From a virus (taxonomy: Duplodnaviria > Caudoviricetes): a stretch of DNA of 64,000 bases. Made by a program: the position numbers and the translations under genes. How positions within the stretch are numbered: position 1 is the stretch's first letter; each line of letters begins with the position of its first letter. Positions 44,532 to 55,239 of the stretch are shown in pieces. The stretch is taken from IMG/VR virus record IMGVR_UViG_3300034127_000005, positions 1 to 64,000 of that record. One strand, given 5' to 3'. Under the pieces are notes generated by a model. It had not been told where the DNA came from. It was given only the letters and a program-made list of their open reading frames with translations, and did not search any database.

Positions 44532-45056
44532 ATGGCCGGTGACATCTTGACTTACGCACCTTCGACTGTTACACTGGTACTCTGTGGCTACGTTCTTACA
44601 GGCGTTGTTTCTGTGAGTCTGCAATGGAAGTCCAGTCCGTTTACAGTAAGACGTGGAATCCGTGGTCAACACACCCGTACAGGCAGTAAGGACAGACAGT
44701 CCACTGTCACCATCGAAGTATTGCAAACCTCTATCACCAACGACATTCTATCTGAGATTCTTGAACAGGACACCCGGAACTATTCTGGCCGTCTGGAATT
44801 CTCTGTGAAGGATGCTTCTGGTACAACTCAATGGGCAACAACTCAGTGCTTCCTACGTGGATGGGCCGACGCTTCTTTCAGTGGCGAAATCCAAACACGT
44901 AAATGGGACATTGAGATTCTATCGTTCATCAGCGGTAAGATTGGTGGTAACGCTCGACAAGGCTTCGACCTGTTGGACTCTTTCAATGGGGCATCAGACT
45001 ATATCACTAAGGGAGTTGACGGTATCGCTGACTCCGCATCGAATCTATTTACCTAA
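44532..45056 (+). CDS. tail tube-like protein 3
   Basis: TYAPSTV, LQTSITNDIL. Confidence 0.75.
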   Translation: MAGDILTYAPSTVTLVLCGYVLTGVVSVSLQWKSSPFTVRRGIRGQHTRTGSKDRQSTVTIEVLQTSITNDILSEILEQDTRNYSGRLEFSVKDASGTTQWATTQCFLRGWADASFSGEIQTRKWDIEILSFISGKIGGNARQGFDLLDSFNGASDYITKGVDGIADSASNLFT

Positions 45057-45069
45057 TTAGGAGAATCAA

Positions 45070-45450
45070 ATGGCTATCAAACAAAAAACAATTGAAGTGA
45101 ATGGCAGCGAATACCTGATCACACAACTTGGTGCATTGAAAGGAACTCGCGTTCTGAAGGAAATCACTAAACTGGTTGGGCCTGCTTTCGCTCAGATGCA
45201 AAAGAAAGACGGTGAAGGACAATCTGGAACTCTTGGTGATGCCCTTGGTATCCTGTTCGAGAACTTGGACAATGCAAACATTGAAGGTATGATCATGGAG
45301 CTGGCTAACACTGTTGCCAAGCCTAATGGATCGCCAATCACTTTCGACATGGAGTTTGCTGGAGAATACGACAAACTGTTCCTCGTTCTGAAGGAGGTTG
45401 CCGAATTCAACTTCGGTTCGGTTTTTACTCTGTTCGGTTCTCGGGAGTAA
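45070..45450 (+). CDS. tail assembly chaperone
   Basis: position before TMP; ends NFGSVF with a slippery site. Confidence 0.82.
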   Translation: MAIKQKTIEVNGSEYLITQLGALKGTRVLKEITKLVGPAFAQMQKKDGEGQSGTLGDALGILFENLDNANIEGMIMELANTVAKPNGSPITFDMEFAGEYDKLFLVLKEVAEFNFGSVFTLFGSRE

Positions 45451-45722
45451 CAGCAAGCCCTGATATGCAAGTAAGCATGGATGGGACAACCCTTGAACCA
45501 GCGGCTGTACATCCTAGATTGCAACGTGTCCAAGATCAATTCAGTCAGGACTGGGAAGTGTATAATGTCCTAACCAGTCCTCTGCAACTTGCTACATACG
45601 TTGAACTAGATACAGTCTGCAACACGGAAGACTTGTACAAGATGTTTGAAATAGTGCAAGTGCATAAAGAGATTGAGATTGTGGCTCAAATCCAAGCCAA
45701 ACTCACAGAAGGAAGTAAATAA
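45420..45722 (+). CDS. tail assembly chaperone, -1 frameshift extension
   Basis: G GTT TTT at 45420-45426; -1 frame open through to 45722. Confidence 0.7.
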   Translation, partial: GFYSVRFSGVTASPDMQVSMDGTTLEPAAVHPRLQRVQDQFSQDWEVYNVLTSPLQLATYVELDTVCNTEDLYKMFEIVQVHKEIEIVAQIQAKLTEGSK

Positions 45723-47965
45723 TGATCACCGAGGAAATCGCGAGGCTTACTGGTAAGCTGGTGTTCCAAGTTGACAACCGCCCTCTTATGGCGTTCGAGA
45801 AGAGACTGAATAGCGTTATCAGTCAACTCCGTCAACTGGAAACACTGGCAAACAAGAAGTTCAATATCAAAGTCCAGCTAGACTCTCGTACCTTGCGTGA
45901 GCAACTGGCAAAGGCAGCTAGTGCCAAAGTTACACTGAAGGATGTTAACGTCTCTCAGGAAGCTATGGCACTTGCTGCTAAGCGTATTACTGAGAAGTTG
46001 GAAAGTACGCCAATCAACCTGAACAAGATTCGTGTTGATATTTCTTCCCTGATTCAGCAGAAGAAACTTGTACGCACTCTGCTAGGGCAAATGGATATTC
46101 GACTTCCAGTTAAGTTCCAGCGAGCTGGTGCTGACAAAGATTTGAAGGCATGGAAGAAAGATATTCAGGACAAGTACCCAGTCAAGATTGGGATTGACCG
46201 TGCCCACCTTAAGAATGAAATCAGAGATGTATTGGCTCAGATTCGTCGTGAAACTACTATCCGCGTAGACCTGCGTGGTGATAGTGGAATGCGTGACAGA
46301 CAACGTAGTCCGGTGGCTGATCGTGGGGCAAGAGGCCATGCATTCGGTGGTGGCTTGATGGGAGCTGGTATGGGCTTCGCTCGTGGCGCTCTACCGGGTC
46401 TAGGAGCTGCGTTCGCTATCGGTGCAGTCAACAAGATCAACCAAGAGCTGGTAGCGACTAGCACAGCCTTGGAGGCCGTCAGCGGAGGTGCAGAAGGGTA
46501 CGCAAGTAACCTGAAGTTCCTTGAAGACTTGACCCAAGAGCAAGGACGTAACATGAGAGACATCGGTCCTCAGTTCAACTCCGTTCTTGCATCTGCAAAG
46601 GCCAGCATTGGAAACCAAGGTGTTCAAGATTTGTTCCGTGGTATGTCTAAATACGGAACTGTAATGGGTCTTGATCAGGAGGCCATGAAAGGTAGCTTCC
46701 GTGCTATCAGTCAGATGTTCTCGAAAGATAAGATTCAAGCTGAAGAAGCACAAGGTCAGTTGGCTGAAAGATTGCCAGCGGCTATGCAACTTCTTGCTGA
46801 AGCGAACGGGACTGATGTTCCCGGCCTTCGTGAGATGATGCAGAAGGGTAAGCTCGATCCTAAGAAAGTGCTGCCAGAGATGGCTCGCATTATGGAACGA
46901 CTTGCTGAAGCTAATGGCGCATATGCCAAGGCTCTAGAGTCTACACGAGTTGCCCAAGGACGAATGAACCGTCAGTTTGAACGCTCTGTTCAAATCTTTG
47001 CTGCTGGTGGTTTCGACAAAGGCATCCGAGATTTCTTTACAACTATGGCAGATGCCATGAGAGATGCTGGCCCGCTTGTCAAATCCCTTGGAGCTGCATT
47101 CGAATTCCTCGTTCGTCCACTCAACGCTCTGATTAAGATCGGTGCAGGTATTGGTCAGAATTGGGAGAAGATCGCAGGTGTCTTTGGAATGACAGGGGAT
47201 CAACTAGCTAAGCTTCTAGCTGTAGCTGGTATCGCTGCACTACCATTCGGAACACTAGCGCTTGCTATTTCTGCTGTTGCATTGGCAGTTCAAGATGTAA
47301 TGACTTACGCTGATGGCGGTGATTCACTATTTGGACGTTTCCTTGAAAGCAGTCCTGAGGCTAAAGCCGCACTGGAAGGTTTCACAACAGAAGCTAAACA
47401 GTTTGGTGAGTATCTACAACTAGCCGTTACAAACGCTCTTGAGCTTGCTGGTGGATTGGAAGGTCTATCCCTGCCTGAGATGTTCATTAGCACCATGCGT
47501 GAACTCTCCGCTATCCTGAAGCTGTTCAATGATACTGTTGACCGTATGGTTGCTGCTGGGCAATATGCTCAAATGATGAACCCAGACGGAGGTACTATTG
47601 GAACTAACATGTCCAACATGCGTGCCATGTACGAAGGACCAGAGTGGGCAAGACAACAAATGTCTGACCATATTGCAAGAGGCTTTGCAACGCAGCCTGT
47701 AGGAGCAGCAACGCCGGGAGTTAATTCCCTGACGCCTGAGACTATGGCAGCAGCAATCGCTGAAGCTATTGGAAGACAGCAAGCAGTGAGTCAACTAAAC
47801 AAACAGTACATGGAAGCCAACATCAACGTCAATGTCGAAGGTGGTGTTGTATCCGCTGGCGACCTAATGACTGCCCTTAACGAGCCGATGAAACAGATCG
47901 CTATCAAAGCCTTTGGCGAAGTAGTGAACAGTGAACGCTCTACACAATCGCAGGTGAGACAATGA
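45722..47965 (+). CDS. tape measure protein
   Basis: 747 aa, helical; QM.SK.KIQAEE...QLAERLP tape-measure domain. Confidence 0.92.
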   Translation: MITEEIARLTGKLVFQVDNRPLMAFEKRLNSVISQLRQLETLANKKFNIKVQLDSRTLREQLAKAASAKVTLKDVNVSQEAMALAAKRITEKLESTPINLNKIRVDISSLIQQKKLVRTLLGQMDIRLPVKFQRAGADKDLKAWKKDIQDKYPVKIGIDRAHLKNEIRDVLAQIRRETTIRVDLRGDSGMRDRQRSPVADRGARGHAFGGGLMGAGMGFARGALPGLGAAFAIGAVNKINQELVATSTALEAVSGGAEGYASNLKFLEDLTQEQGRNMRDIGPQFNSVLASAKASIGNQGVQDLFRGMSKYGTVMGLDQEAMKGSFRAISQMFSKDKIQAEEAQGQLAERLPAAMQLLAEANGTDVPGLREMMQKGKLDPKKVLPEMARIMERLAEANGAYAKALESTRVAQGRMNRQFERSVQIFAAGGFDKGIRDFFTTMADAMRDAGPLVKSLGAAFEFLVRPLNALIKIGAGIGQNWEKIAGVFGMTGDQLAKLLAVAGIAALPFGTLALAISAVALAVQDVMTYADGGDSLFGRFLESSPEAKAALEGFTTEAKQFGEYLQLAVTNALELAGGLEGLSLPEMFISTMRELSAILKLFNDTVDRMVAAGQYAQMMNPDGGTIGTNMSNMRAMYEGPEWARQQMSDHIARGFATQPVGAATPGVNSLTPETMAAAIAEAIGRQQAVSQLNKQYMEANINVNVEGGVVSAGDLMTALNEPMKQIAIKAFGEVVNSERSTQSQVRQ

Positions 47966-48783
47966 CAATCGCTATCCGCCGTGAGAACGGCGACATTCTA
48001 TGGTTTGACGCTGTTGAGGGCTTCGATGAAGTCCTCAGTTCCATGGTAACTAAACATCCAATTGCTACAGGCAGTTTTGTTGCAGACCACATCACGAAAG
48101 ATAATCCAAAGTTCACTCTTCGTGGAGTCCTATCTGATGCTGACTTTAACTTCAACAGACCACAGTTGGATTACAACGCAACGCTGAATGTTATTGGGCT
48201 CGGACAAGAGGAAGTAACATTCCCTATGAATGGTGTTAAGAAACAATACACGAACAATACACCAGTCGATAACCCAGTCTCTATTAACAGTAACAAGAAT
48301 ACATTCAAGAGCTTCTTGCCTGAAGCTATCTCTCAGTTCACTAGCACGAGTATCCCTGAAGTTGTTGTAACTGAGCAACCAAAGGTTAAGTCTGCATCTG
48401 CTGTACGCCTAGATTTGGTGCGTATCCGTGAGATGAAAGAAGAGTTCACCCTTGTAGACTATGAAGATAATTTGATCCGTCGTAGTTGGTCTGGATGCGT
48501 TCTTGTCAATCTCTCTTTCAGTGAAGACGCTGATGGCGGAGACTCCAGTGCTCTATTCCCTGTTATGGAAATCGAACAGGTTGTATACACCAATGTTGAA
48601 AACGTTCGTATCAAGTTGAAGCCAGTTAACAAAGGGCGTCAACAAGGTGCAGCATCTAAGCGTGACACTGTTGAAGGGGATGATGCTAAGACTCAACCAA
48701 CTAACTTGTCGGGTGGATCATCTGAAGCTCTGAAGGCTAGTGGTCTAGCTAAACCTAAACCTAAATTTGGAGATGCCCCTTGA
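47962..48783 (+). CDS. baseplate/tube initiator (Dit-like)
   Basis: FDAV, VTKHPI.TG..VADH. Confidence 0.75.
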   Translation: MTIAIRRENGDILWFDAVEGFDEVLSSMVTKHPIATGSFVADHITKDNPKFTLRGVLSDADFNFNRPQLDYNATLNVIGLGQEEVTFPMNGVKKQYTNNTPVDNPVSINSNKNTFKSFLPEAISQFTSTSIPEVVVTEQPKVKSASAVRLDLVRIREMKEEFTLVDYEDNLIRRSWSGCVLVNLSFSEDADGGDSSALFPVMEIEQVVYTNVENVRIKLKPVNKGRQQGAASKRDTVEGDDAKTQPTNLSGGSSEALKASGLAKPKPKFGDAP

Positions 48784-49121
48784 CAACTAACTTTATTAGC
48801 ATGCCGTTGTATACTGAACTCACTTACCGCTACAGCATCTCTCTAGAGAACATCTCGTGGCAGTTCAAGTTCTATTGGGTTGCACGTGCAAAGCAGTGGC
48901 ATTTCGACATTCGTCGAGATGATCAGACACCTATCATCCTAGGATATGCCTTGGTTCCACAGTACCCTATCCTTGAAGACGTACCACTTGAAACTTTCGG
49001 GCTTACTGGAAGATTCGTATTGATGCCTGCCAACGTTTCTGTTGCAACATCGATCACACAAGAATCTTCTGTCATGCCTGAATTCTTTGAACTTTTTTAT
49101 ATGTATGAAACGGAGGACTAA
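48780..49121 (+). CDS. baseplate protein
   Basis: position in baseplate cluster. Confidence 0.7.
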   Translation: MTTNFISMPLYTELTYRYSISLENISWQFKFYWVARAKQWHFDIRRDDQTPIILGYALVPQYPILEDVPLETFGLTGRFVLMPANVSVATSITQESSVMPEFFELFYMYETED

Positions 49122-49122
49122 C

Positions 49123-50043
49123 ATGATCCAGAAAGAACGGGTTTATGAATTAATCGTTGGTGACTACCGTACAGGAAATGGCCTACGGATCACCGCAGGC
49201 ATCCCCGACGAAGAGGGGTTTTTGAATGTTGGTCTACAGATCACATTTGATATTTCCAAGATGGCGGACAACAAGAAAACAAAAGGCAACTCTGCCTCGA
49301 TTGAAGTTTATAACCTGTCGCGTAGTCAGGCTGCTCTACTGGAAGGTGAGTATCTTGAATGCACATTCTCTCTTGGTTATGAAGAACAAGGTCCACGAGT
49401 TGTCGTGACAGGTAATGTTACTGACATCTCCACACGAAAGAGTGGCGAGGATCGTATTACAGTCATTCGAATGGGGGAGGGTTATACAGACCTTAACCAC
49501 AAGAAGCTTAAACAAATGGTAAGTCCGGGTAAAACTGTTCAAGATGTCATCAACGATATCCAGAAACAAATGCCCGGTGTATCCCGTGGAAGTATCACTG
49601 GAACCAACCTCAACAATCCAATCGTACATGGATGGCGTCTAACAGGCACACCGCGTGAGATGTTGAAGAAGGTGTGTGATGCCTACGATCTAGAATACAA
49701 CGTCTCTGGGGGCGTCCTGAACGTCACTGACGAGAATGGATTGTCTACCAAGGACGTACAAAATGCTCCAGTAATTAGTCCAACAACAGGATTGATTGAT
49801 GAACCATTTTACACATCTGAAGACGGACGTAAACATCCAAAAGATAAACGTCGCCGTCGTGGTGTCCAATTCACTTGTCTGTTGAATACAGAACTGCTAC
49901 CCGGACGTATCGTTAAACTGGAAGACACCGTTATCAACGGGTTCTATCGAATCAACGCTACAAGATTCAACGGAGATTTCCGTGGGAACAACTGGTATGC
50001 AGAGTGTCTGTGTTCAGAGATTGCAGCAGAGGAACTACAATGA
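49123..50043 (+). CDS. baseplate hub
   Basis: YNLS, TGLI..P, LLN....G, GD.RG..WY; GGAGG RBS. Confidence 0.82.
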   Translation: MIQKERVYELIVGDYRTGNGLRITAGIPDEEGFLNVGLQITFDISKMADNKKTKGNSASIEVYNLSRSQAALLEGEYLECTFSLGYEEQGPRVVVTGNVTDISTRKSGEDRITVIRMGEGYTDLNHKKLKQMVSPGKTVQDVINDIQKQMPGVSRGSITGTNLNNPIVHGWRLTGTPREMLKKVCDAYDLEYNVSGGVLNVTDENGLSTKDVQNAPVISPTTGLIDEPFYTSEDGRKHPKDKRRRRGVQFTCLLNTELLPGRIVKLEDTVINGFYRINATRFNGDFRGNNWYAECLCSEIAAEELQ

Positions 50044-50837
50044 TTCCCGGTCTACTGAATGAATATCTAAAAACTGAATTCGAATACTCTATGGCGGAAT
50101 ACTGGTTCGCATGTCCGGGGATTGTCACTGGTGTATCTGGTGACTTCTCCGATCTACGTGTAACAGTGAAGCCAGCTATCAATGAATTGTATGCCGATGG
50201 CGTCAGCGAAGAACACTTGGACATTCTGAGTGTTCCAGTTGTAATGCCGGGGAGTGCTACATCTCTTGTTAGTTTTCCAGTCAATGCCGGTGACACTGTA
50301 CTCCTTGTATTCAGTCAGCGCTCGATGGACAACTTCAAGATTGGTAGCGGATTGCCAACACAACCAAACGATGCACGAAAATTCCAAGCCGAGGATGCTA
50401 TTGCCATTCCCGGCTTGTTTACGTTCTCGAAGAGTGTTAACCGCCCTTCGATTCGTAAATACCCACACAACCCCAAAACTGACCTAGTAGTTGCCCATAA
50501 CATTGCGAGCGGTACTGAGGTAATGATTCACTTCAAACAGTCTGGGGACATGATTGTGAACACAGAGCAGGCTGTAACCGTCAATTGCAAAACTGGCGAA
50601 GTCAATGCTACCGAGTCTTACACGATCAATACACCAACAATGAATGTTAACGCTGATACAACAACTTGGACTGGTGATATTGCTCATCAAGGTAACACAA
50701 CCCAAACAGGCAATTACACTCAGACAGGCAATTACACAATCACTGGACAAGCCAGATTCAATGGTGTCTTGTTCGATACTCACTTCCATTCCGGTGTTAC
50801 TCCCGGTGTTAGCAACTCTGGCCCTGTGGCTGGCTAA
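50040..50837 (+). CDS. baseplate spike (gp138/gpV-like)
   Basis: VPV..P, GD.VLLVF..R, C-terminal HFH motif. Confidence 0.88.
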   Translation: MIPGLLNEYLKTEFEYSMAEYWFACPGIVTGVSGDFSDLRVTVKPAINELYADGVSEEHLDILSVPVVMPGSATSLVSFPVNAGDTVLLVFSQRSMDNFKIGSGLPTQPNDARKFQAEDAIAIPGLFTFSKSVNRPSIRKYPHNPKTDLVVAHNIASGTEVMIHFKQSGDMIVNTEQAVTVNCKTGEVNATESYTINTPTMNVNADTTTWTGDIAHQGNTTQTGNYTQTGNYTITGQARFNGVLFDTHFHSGVTPGVSNSGPVAG

Positions 50838-50847
50838 GGAGATTCTT

Positions 50848-51222
50848 ATGGACTTGCTACTCAATACAGACACGGGAGATATGGTTTTTGTGAACGGTGG
50901 CGCTCCAGTCACCCAGCACACTGCCGATGTCGTTGCCCAGCGTCTACGAATTACACTTTACACATTTCTCGGAGAGTGGTTCCTTGACACAACAGTCGGG
51001 GTTCCATACTTCCAACAAATCTTCGGTAAGCTACGAACAAAAGCTTCCGTTGACTTGATCTTTCAACAAATCATTACTGATGACCGTGACGTTATTGAAA
51101 TCCTAACGTTTGAGTCCACACTTGACCGTGGGGCTAGAGGTTACAGTATGACATTCCAAGTGCGTGTAAGTGATAACACTGCATCGCTCCCAATTACAAT
51201 CGACCTAGGAGACGTTATCTAA
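50848..51222 (+). CDS. baseplate wedge subunit
   Basis: QRL...L.TF.GEWFLD...GVPY. Confidence 0.82.
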   Translation: MDLLLNTDTGDMVFVNGGAPVTQHTADVVAQRLRITLYTFLGEWFLDTTVGVPYFQQIFGKLRTKASVDLIFQQIITDDRDVIEILTFESTLDRGARGYSMTFQVRVSDNTASLPITIDLGDVI

Positions 51223-52676
51223 TGGCTGGTCTTACGCGTGAAGGTCTTGAGATTAAAACCCAAGACGAAGTATTGAATGACAACCGTATCCGAGCGTCTA
51301 ACTTGTTCGCTGACCTTGTGCCAGCAGGAGACATTGTTGACGTTGGGGCTAACGGAACTATCGGGCGTCTCATTGGCGTTGTCTCTCCAGCAGAGGCGAG
51401 CATGTGGGAAGCCATTCAACAAGTTTATAACAGCTTCAACCCAGCAACTGCCATCGGTATTGCTCTCGACAACGTAATCGCTCTCTCTGGTATCTCTCGA
51501 CTTGTTGCACAACCAACAAGAGCACAGGTGATTCTGGAAGGTACAACGAATATCGCTATCAGCTCTCCGCTTGGTAAAGCATATAGCTCTACAACTCAGA
51601 GAGTTTTCTCGATCCTGAATCCAGTTATCCTGAGTCCAATGTCCGCTTCTGGTATTGGCATCGTTCCAATCACAGTGGCTGACAGCACTAACTACACATT
51701 CAGCTACTCTCTAGACGGTGTTAACTACATCGACACAGTATACAATTCTGGGATTGGTGCAACATCTTCTTCCATTCTCGCCGGATTGAAGACAAATGTT
51801 GATTTAATTTTGGGTGGGGTCTTTACAACTTACTATCAAGATGGTAGACTGTTTATAACTCGTACTGATCCGTTCCAAGTTGCTGACTTCACTGTCAGTG
51901 TCAATCTTCGTATCGAAAAGGTTAGAAAACTTGGTATTGCCGTAGATGATATCGTGGGAGCCTTCCCACAACAAGCTATGAGCATCGATACTATTTCTGT
52001 CCCTATTCCGGGGTGGGATAGCATTCTCAACCCTATCAGCGCCACCACAGGCCGTCTGGTAGAGACTGACGAAGAGCTTCGTGAACGTTTCCGTAACTCT
52101 AAATTCTTCCAATCTCAGAATATCCTTGAAGCTTTGCTCGACGCACTCCGCAACGTAGATGGTGTCTCTGACGTCGTTGTCTATGAGAACGATACAGATG
52201 CTCCTGATGTTAACGGTGTACCGGGGCATAGCTTCTTGCCTATCGTTCTGGGTGGATTGCCTTCGGACATCGGAAACACTATTTGGCAAAACAAGCCAAC
52301 GGGTATTCCTTCTGTGGGAGATACAACTGTGCAAATCGCGGATAGCCAAGGCTTCTTGCACAACATCTCTTACAAGCGTCCGACAGAAATTCCAATCTAC
52401 ATCACTGTAAGCATCTCGAATGCTGGTGGTCTAGCGGGTGACGCACAAGCTCAGATTCGTCAGAACATTGAAAACTATGGAGAGTCTAACTACTTCATTG
52501 GGGATGATGTGATCTACTCTCGATTCTACACTCCAATCAACTCTGTACCGGGGCACATGGTTAACTCTTTGTTCATTGGAACTTCTCCAAGCCCAACAGA
52601 TACAGCTAATATTGAGATTGACTTCGATGCAGTTGCAACATTCAACCCAGCCAACATCATCGTCAACCTAGTATGA
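51222..52676 (+). CDS. baseplate J-like protein
   Basis: A.G.ALD, G...ETDEELRER, ENDT, P.HS. Confidence 0.88.
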   Translation: MAGLTREGLEIKTQDEVLNDNRIRASNLFADLVPAGDIVDVGANGTIGRLIGVVSPAEASMWEAIQQVYNSFNPATAIGIALDNVIALSGISRLVAQPTRAQVILEGTTNIAISSPLGKAYSSTTQRVFSILNPVILSPMSASGIGIVPITVADSTNYTFSYSLDGVNYIDTVYNSGIGATSSSILAGLKTNVDLILGGVFTTYYQDGRLFITRTDPFQVADFTVSVNLRIEKVRKLGIAVDDIVGAFPQQAMSIDTISVPIPGWDSILNPISATTGRLVETDEELRERFRNSKFFQSQNILEALLDALRNVDGVSDVVVYENDTDAPDVNGVPGHSFLPIVLGGLPSDIGNTIWQNKPTGIPSVGDTTVQIADSQGFLHNISYKRPTEIPIYITVSISNAGGLAGDAQAQIRQNIENYGESNYFIGDDVIYSRFYTPINSVPGHMVNSLFIGTSPSPTDTANIEIDFDAVATFNPANIIVNLV

Positions 52677-52706
52677 TGAATACTCACCTAGTGTAAGGAG
52701 CCTCCA

Positions 52707-53438
52707 ATGAGCGTCAATCCGTTTGATACTGTACCCTTCGTTGATGAGGCTCGTAGCCGTATCACTGAACAGTTCAAAGAAAAACCAATCATCGATAAAT
52801 ACATTCGACTACTCATCGGTGAATGGGAAGAGATGCAAGTCGTTCTAAAAGATTTGCAACAACTCCGTTCTATTGATACTGCTGTTGGTGCTCAACTCGA
52901 TGTCATTGGTGAAATCGTAGGTCGTCCACGTGGGCTTGTAACTGCTGACCTGTTCTACTACTTCGGTTTCGAAGGGGCTCCCTTGTCTGGGAGCTTCGCC
53001 TCTACAACTGACCCAACTGTTGGTGCTCCTTGGTACTCCATCGATGCTCCAACTGGAATCTCTCGTGAACCTTCTGATGAAGAATACCGTCTGATTCTCA
53101 AAGCTAAGATTATCAAGAATAGAACAATGTCACGCCCTGAGGACGTAATTCAGGCTTACAAGTTCCTATTCCAAACTGGGACTGTAACTCTTGACGAATA
53201 TGAGCCTGCAAAAGTTCGCATCGGGATCGGTAAGATTCTTACGAACGTAGAACGCGGACTACTGTTTGACCTAGGAGGTGCAGGAACACTGCTACCAAAA
53301 ACTGTAGGTGTTAGTTACGCCTATTCTGAATTTCAAGCTGGACGTGTCTTTGCAACAGAAGGATTTCCCGGCGGTGTTGGTGTTGGTGATCTAACCGACC
53401 CACTGTCCGGTGGTATCTTGTCCAACCTAATCACTTAA
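52707..53438 (+). CDS. baseplate wedge (DUF2612-like)
   Basis: DTAVGAQLDVIGEIVG, D..YR..LKAKI. Confidence 0.85.
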   Translation: MSVNPFDTVPFVDEARSRITEQFKEKPIIDKYIRLLIGEWEEMQVVLKDLQQLRSIDTAVGAQLDVIGEIVGRPRGLVTADLFYYFGFEGAPLSGSFASTTDPTVGAPWYSIDAPTGISREPSDEEYRLILKAKIIKNRTMSRPEDVIQAYKFLFQTGTVTLDEYEPAKVRIGIGKILTNVERGLLFDLGGAGTLLPKTVGVSYAYSEFQAGRVFATEGFPGGVGVGDLTDPLSGGILSNLIT

Positions 53439-53456
53439 TTAAAAGGATCATTTTAC

Positions 53457-54797
53457 ATGGTTGATATTATCAAGCAAAATATGACGGATATTTGGGCATC
53501 TGCCGGGGATATTACTGCCCCAGATCCTTCAAAGATTGCGGCTGGATGGGTGGTCGAGGCTGTTCCCCGTCAATGGTGGAACTGGTTTGAAAACCGCCAA
53601 GATACAAACATCGCCTACATGCTTCAGAAAGGTTTGCCTGAATGGGATGTTGATACAGAATACCTGACAAATAAATCTTACGTCCAACGTAATGGTGTTG
53701 TTTATAAATGTATCCTGACTAACACTAACCTAGACCCGGCTACAACTCCCGCTAACTGGGTTAAGGCATTCCCAGAGTCCTCTGCGAGCCTTGAAGCGAT
53801 TCGAGCAGTTACCCCTGTAGCTGATACGTTCGTTTACTTTACAAGCCCTACAGCGGCTGCTACAAGCTCTGTGACGGCATTCATGCGTACACTGCTTGAT
53901 GACGTAGATGCAGCTACAGCTCGTGCCACCTTGCAAGCTCAAGTAGCAAGTGCTGTTCTGACAACTCTGGCAACACTAAGCCCAGCAACAAACAAACTTC
54001 CTTACTTCACTGGGACATCGACTGCTACAACAACCGATCTGACAGCCTTTGGTCGCTCTCTACTGGACGATACAGACGCCGCAGCAGCTCGTTCCACTCT
54101 TGGAGTTGATAGTTCTTCTGATGCTGCCGCTGCTCTTGCAGCAGGATTGGCAACTAAACAACCACTGAATTCTCTTCTGACTAGCGTTTCTGCTCTTAAC
54201 CCAGCAGCTAACCAGATGATCTACTACACAGGCACAAACACTGGTGCAACCACAGCGTTGACAGCGTTCGCCCGTAGTATCCTTGATGATGCAGATGCTG
54301 CAACAGTTAGAACAACTATTGGTGCTAACGATGCAGCTAACTTGACAACAGGTATTCTGGATTTGGCTCGCCTTCCAGCGTCACTGACAGGTAAGAATGC
54401 TGCAACAGCAACAGCCTTGCAAACACCTCGTACAATTCAAGGTGTTGCATTTGACGGTACAGCAAACATCACGCTCTCTGTAGTTGATAAAGATTCTGCT
54501 GTCGGTGCTGCTGCAATCCCTGCTGGTAGTACGGCTCAACGTCCTGCAAACGGTGCTGGTAAGTTCCGATTTAACACTGATACAAGTCGTGCTGAAATCA
54601 ACAACGGTACAGCTTGGGGCAGCTTGGGTGGGGCATCTGGGGGTGGTAACGATTCGGTCTTCTACTTGAACGATCAAACAGTTACCGCAGACTTCACAGT
54701 ACCTGCTGGACAGAATGCAATGTCTTCTGGTCCTATCACAATCGCAAACGGCGTCACAGTTACTGTTTCCAACGGTTCTGTCTGGACCATCGTTTAA
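53457..54797 (+). CDS. tail fibre protein 1
   Basis: N-terminal WA..G/GW...P..QW anchor; TAF.RSLLDD.DAA.AR.TL repeats; VWTIV adaptor end. Confidence 0.88.
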   Translation: MVDIIKQNMTDIWASAGDITAPDPSKIAAGWVVEAVPRQWWNWFENRQDTNIAYMLQKGLPEWDVDTEYLTNKSYVQRNGVVYKCILTNTNLDPATTPANWVKAFPESSASLEAIRAVTPVADTFVYFTSPTAAATSSVTAFMRTLLDDVDAATARATLQAQVASAVLTTLATLSPATNKLPYFTGTSTATTTDLTAFGRSLLDDTDAAAARSTLGVDSSSDAAAALAAGLATKQPLNSLLTSVSALNPAANQMIYYTGTNTGATTALTAFARSILDDADAATVRTTIGANDAANLTTGILDLARLPASLTGKNAATATALQTPRTIQGVAFDGTANITLSVVDKDSAVGAAAIPAGSTAQRPANGAGKFRFNTDTSRAEINNGTAWGSLGGASGGGNDSVFYLNDQTVTADFTVPAGQNAMSSGPITIANGVTVTVSNGSVWTIV

Positions 54798-54810
54798 GGA
54801 GAATTATATA

Positions 54811-55239
54811 ATGCCAACAAAAATTGATGGACTTCTAGGTGTGGATACTGTTGCACCAGCGAGTATCGATGTCGGTGATCTGAAATGGACACCGCCTTTC
54901 ACTAAAGAATTTGTAAGTACGCCGCAAACAATCACGCCTCTTGGTGGTTTGACAATCTCCCATGGGCTTGGCGTAAAGCCAAAGCTCGTAAGAGCTTACC
55001 TTGTCTGTACAGTAGCCACAGGTAACTGGGCTGTTGGGGATGAAACTTTCCTTGATCTTGACTACGAACAAGCCAACGCCTCGTTGGTCATTTTCGGATA
55101 TATCTGCAAACGGGATGCAACGAATCTAATCATCCGTTTCGGACAGGGCAACTTCCTGATCGACCCTGTTACTGCTGCTGTTGTACCATCTACAACAGTA
55201 ACCACCAACTTTAAAATCGTATTCGAGGCATGGGCATGA
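54811..55239 (+). CDS. tail fibre-associated protein
   Basis: HGLGVKP domain; AAGGAG RBS. Confidence 0.65.
   Translation: MPTKIDGLLGVDTVAPASIDVGDLKWTPPFTKEFVSTPQTITPLGGLTISHGLGVKPKLVRAYLVCTVATGNWAVGDETFLDLDYEQANASLVIFGYICKRDATNLIIRFGQGNFLIDPVTAAVVPSTTVTTNFKIVFEAWA

Noticed and set aside
43428-45056. Three tail-tube paralogues as a novelty
   Set aside because: Usual arrangement for this type of myovirus tail module.
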